Assembly (NCBI GenBank): GCA_963783385.1
Contig: CAWANJ010000009.1
Coordinates: 736,001-800,000, forward strand
DNA: 64,000 nucleotides
Origin: an uncultured Gemmatimonadales bacterium
GTDB lineage: Bacteria; Gemmatimonadota; Gemmatimonadetes; Palauibacterales; Palauibacteraceae
Reading direction: 5' to 3'
In this document: positions 61,241-64,000 of the stretch, one piece after another
How positions within the stretch are numbered: position 1 is the stretch's first letter
How the letters are laid out: every line of letters starts with the position of its first letter
Made by a program: the position numbers and the translations under genes
The notes under the pieces: generated by a model
What the model was told of the DNA's origin: nothing
Database searches by the model: none
Seen by the model: only the letters and a program-made list of their open reading frames with translations

Positions 61241-62920
61241 TCAGCGCAGCGACCGCCGCGCCACGCGCGGCGCCTCGAGCGCACGCACCACGGGCAGCTC
61301 CACCACCCGGCCCGACCCGTACACCAGGCCCGAGAGCGCGCCCTCCTCGGTTCCGAGGAGCCGGTCGAAGGCGTTCCACCGGAACAGGCCGTAGCCCTCC
61401 GGCTCCAGCAGGGCGAACGCCAGCCGGCCCAGGGGCTGCGCGGTGCTCACGTAGTAGGCGCCGGCGGGCAGCGTGCGCAGCCGGCGCTCGTAGCGGCCCT
61501 CCACGTCCAGGAGCGCGTGGCCCTGGAAGCGACGATCCGCCCACCGCAGGCTGTCGGCCACGAAAACCTCGACCGTATCCGTCCATGGGGCCCGGAGCTC
61601 GGACACCGCCAGGCCGTGCAGCCTCAGGAGCCGCGCGGTCGCTCTCTCGGAGGCGGGGAGGAAGTAGCCGGCGGGCAGGCGCCGGGTGCGGGTGAACCCG
61701 AACCGGTCCAGGATCGGGAGCCGGACCGTCCGGAAGGAGCCGGTCGGCTCGAGCACGGGCCGGCCCCGCGCCGAGTCTCCCGTGGGGCGCATGACCTCCA
61801 GCCGCACCGGCTCCTCGCCCCGGCTGACGGGCTCGAACCGAACCCCGAGCTCGGGCCGTGACCGCGCGCCGGCTCCCTCGAGCGTCGTCTCCCGGTCCGC
61901 TTCGCGCTCGAGTCGCCGAATCTCCGTCGCGTGCTCGGCCGCGTAGCGGAGGATCTCCACGAGGAAGTCGTGGGAGACCCGCACGCGCGTGCGGAAGTCG
62001 GCGTGCGAGTAGGCCTCGCTGAGAATGGCCATGCGCCCGCGGAGCCCCACGTAGTTGGTACCGTACCAGGCCAGGGGCGCGTAGGTCGTCCACGCCTCGG
62101 GATGCAGGGGGTCGCGCACGTTGCCGTACACGAAGATGGGCTCGCCATGGTCCCGTCCCATGGCCCGGCGCACCGCGGGGAGGAGGGAGTCGCGCACGAA
62201 GCCCAGCGGCCCCGGAGGCGCGTCGGGCTGGAGCGGGGGCGAGTAGGTCAGCAGGTAGCCGTGGTGCGTCCCGTCGGTCGTGTGCAGGTCGACCATCAGC
62301 GCCGGATCCCAGCGGTCGTACACCCGGGCCAGGGAGGCCCGCGTCTCGGGAGCCTCCGCCTTGAGGTAGTCACGATTGAGATCGAGGTTGAGACCATCGG
62401 GCCTGAGTCCAACGCTGTCAGGGCCTTGCTGCTCCTGGCGATGGAGGGCTCCGGGTCCGAGCGCGTCGTTCCCGTCCGGGTTGTAGACCGGCGCCACCAG
62501 CACGACGAGCCGCTCCAGGAGCGCGCGGCGCGGGCCGGCCAGCTCCCGCAGGAGCTGCTGCACCGCCTCCTTCCCCTCGACCTCCCCACCGTGGATGTTC
62601 GCCTGCAGGTAGACCACGAGCTTGCCGGATGCCGCCGCCTCGGCCGGGGAGGTGACGGTCGGCTCGGAGGCCACGATGAACAGGATCGGCTTGCCGAGGG
62701 CGGACCGCCCCATGGTCTGGAGCTGGATGGGCGCCCCCTGCGCCTGGAGGCTGTCCAGGAAGGCCGCCACTTCGGCCGTGGTCGACGTGGCGGCGTAGGC
62801 GGTGCGCTCCGGCACCGTGGCGGGTGACGGCGCTCCCTGGGCACCGAGCGGCCCGGCGAGCGACGAGAGCAGCGCGGCCGCGAGCGCCGCGACGGCGCCG
62901 AGACGGGGTCCTCCGGGCAT
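61241..62920 (-). CDS. Secreted M14-family zinc carboxypeptidase
   Basis: Signal peptide; NIHGGEVEG (HxxE), YNPDG, LNRD, DLHT. Confidence 0.88.
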   Translation of the reverse strand: MPGGPRLGAVAALAAALLSSLAGPLGAQGAPSPATVPERTAYAATSTTAEVAAFLDSLQAQGAPIQLQTMGRSALGKPILFIVASEPTVTSPAEAAASGKLVVYLQANIHGGEVEGKEAVQQLLRELAGPRRALLERLVVLVAPVYNPDGNDALGPGALHRQEQQGPDSVGLRPDGLNLDLNRDYLKAEAPETRASLARVYDRWDPALMVDLHTTDGTHHGYLLTYSPPLQPDAPPGPLGFVRDSLLPAVRRAMGRDHGEPIFVYGNVRDPLHPEAWTTYAPLAWYGTNYVGLRGRMAILSEAYSHADFRTRVRVSHDFLVEILRYAAEHATEIRRLEREADRETTLEGAGARSRPELGVRFEPVSRGEEPVRLEVMRPTGDSARGRPVLEPTGSFRTVRLPILDRFGFTRTRRLPAGYFLPASERATARLLRLHGLAVSELRAPWTDTVEVFVADSLRWADRRFQGHALLDVEGRYERRLRTLPAGAYYVSTAQPLGRLAFALLEPEGYGLFRWNAFDRLLGTEEGALSGLVYGSGRVVELPVVRALEAPRVARRSLR

Positions 62921-63086
62921 GTGTCCCTCCCTCTCCGAGGACGGATCGCTCTCCCATGGACGGCGCCTCGCGCGCCCGACCCCAAAGGAGCGGCTCCCTG
63001 TCGGGCCGGCAAGCCGCCGGAACGTCCTATGCATGATTCTGCCACCGAGGCATCGCAGGACCGCAGTACAGTGGCAAGGAGGAATC

Positions 63087-63413
63087 ATGGCTAACGGTTG
63101 GATCATAGGAATCCTGGGAATCTGGCTGGTCATCACGCCCTTCCTCGGCTTCGCGAGCCTGGCGAACTCCTGGATCGATTGGGTCGTCGGCGTCGTCGTG
63201 GCGATCTTCGCCTTCACGATGACCCGCGAGAAGCCGGGCCAGGGCTGGTCGGCCGGCATCGTGTCCATCTGGCTGTTCATCGCGGGCTTCATCGGAGGTC
63301 TGGTGTCCGGCGCAGGGACATGGTGGAACGACATCCTGGTCGGCCTCGTGTTCATGGTGACCGGTTTCACGGCCCTGCCGGACGGTCACACCCGGCACCC
63401 GCAGACCGCGTGA
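63087..63413 (+). CDS. Small 4-TM SPW-repeat-like membrane protein
   Basis: GGAGG RBS; duplicated GIWL..TPF / SIWLFIAGF helical hairpins. Confidence 0.7.
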   Translation: MANGWIIGILGIWLVITPFLGFASLANSWIDWVVGVVVAIFAFTMTREKPGQGWSAGIVSIWLFIAGFIGGLVSGAGTWWNDILVGLVFMVTGFTALPDGHTRHPQTA

Positions 63414-63420
63414 GCATCGC

Positions 63421-64000
63421 GTGAGAGGCGGACGGACGAGAGTCGCCGCCTTCGTGCTCCCGCTGCTCGCACTGGCGGGAGTCACCGCCGCGGGCGGCCC
63501 CGACTCCGAGCCGGGGCCGCCCGTCGTGCACCCGACCGGTAGGGTGGACGCCCGCCTCGAATCCTCAGCGCTTTCGGAGAACGCCATGAGCCTCGACGTC
63601 GAGAGCCCCGCGTTCGGGCGGGGCGATCCGATTCCGACGCGCTACACGTGCGACGGCCAGGACGTGTCACCGCCGCTGCGCTGGTCCGGGGTCCCCGACT
63701 CCGCCGTCACGCTCGCCGTGCTGGCGGAGGATCCCGACGCGCCCCACGGACTCTGGGTCCACTGGGTGCTGTACGGTCTCGAGGCCAGCCGGAGCGGCCT
63801 CCCCGAGGGCGTGCCCACCCGCGAGGCCGTCCTGGACGGGGCCCTCCAGGGTCGGAACGACTTCCGGAAGATCGGCTACGGGGGACCGTGTCCGCCGGCC
63901 GGTCAACGTCATCGCTACTTCTTCCGGATCTACGCCCTGGATGCCCGGCCCGATCTCGGAGCCGCGGCGACCCGGTCGGAGCTCCTCGCCGCCATCGAGG
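63421..64000 (+). CDS. YbhB/YbcL (PEBP) family protein, runs off window end
   Basis: Manual translation: SPAF...IPTRYTCDGQDVSPPLRW, EDPDAP, HWVLY, GYGGPCPP...HRYFF.IYALD. Confidence 0.9.
   Translation, partial: MRGGRTRVAAFVLPLLALAGVTAAGGPDSEPGPPVVHPTGRVDARLESSALSENAMSLDVESPAFGRGDPIPTRYTCDGQDVSPPLRWSGVPDSAVTLAVLAEDPDAPHGLWVHWVLYGLEASRSGLPEGVPTREAVLDGALQGRNDFRKIGYGGPCPPAGQRHRYFFRIYALDARPDLGAAATRSELLAAIE

Noticed and set aside
61241-62920. M14 carboxypeptidase as the target of the knottin-like peptide
   Set aside because: It is ~45 kb away in core-like DNA and the peptide lacks the inhibitory C-terminal tail; co-occurrence is not evidence.

Overview
Very GC-rich bacterial chromosomal segment. 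Gene content and style suggest Gemmatimonadota (inference only). It is mostly housekeeping: Sec-containing selD, pcm, scpAB-rluB, rpsT, pyrRBC, amino-acid transport, tadA, gltX, thiolase, ctaA-ctaB fusion plus cydAB, ABC exporter, TonB receptors, oxoprolinase, a cobalamin riboswitch with btuCDB, hemE/H/Y, mprF, a lipoprotein/AsmA-like envelope operon, AAA ATPase, ppa and an M14 peptidase. Many genes carry single-base frameshifts that look like sequencing or assembly indels. The standout is a ~3.8 kb lower-GC insert (14411-18179) bracketed by a duplicated 3' end of a sodium-symporter gene. It carries a near-consensus promoter driving a small secreted six-cysteine peptide with cystine-knot-like spacing, a DsbA-like oxidoreductase and a beta-propeller lipoprotein, plus a dead IS4-family transposase. 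No CRISPR array, tRNA or rRNA was recognised. All calls are by eye; no searches were run.
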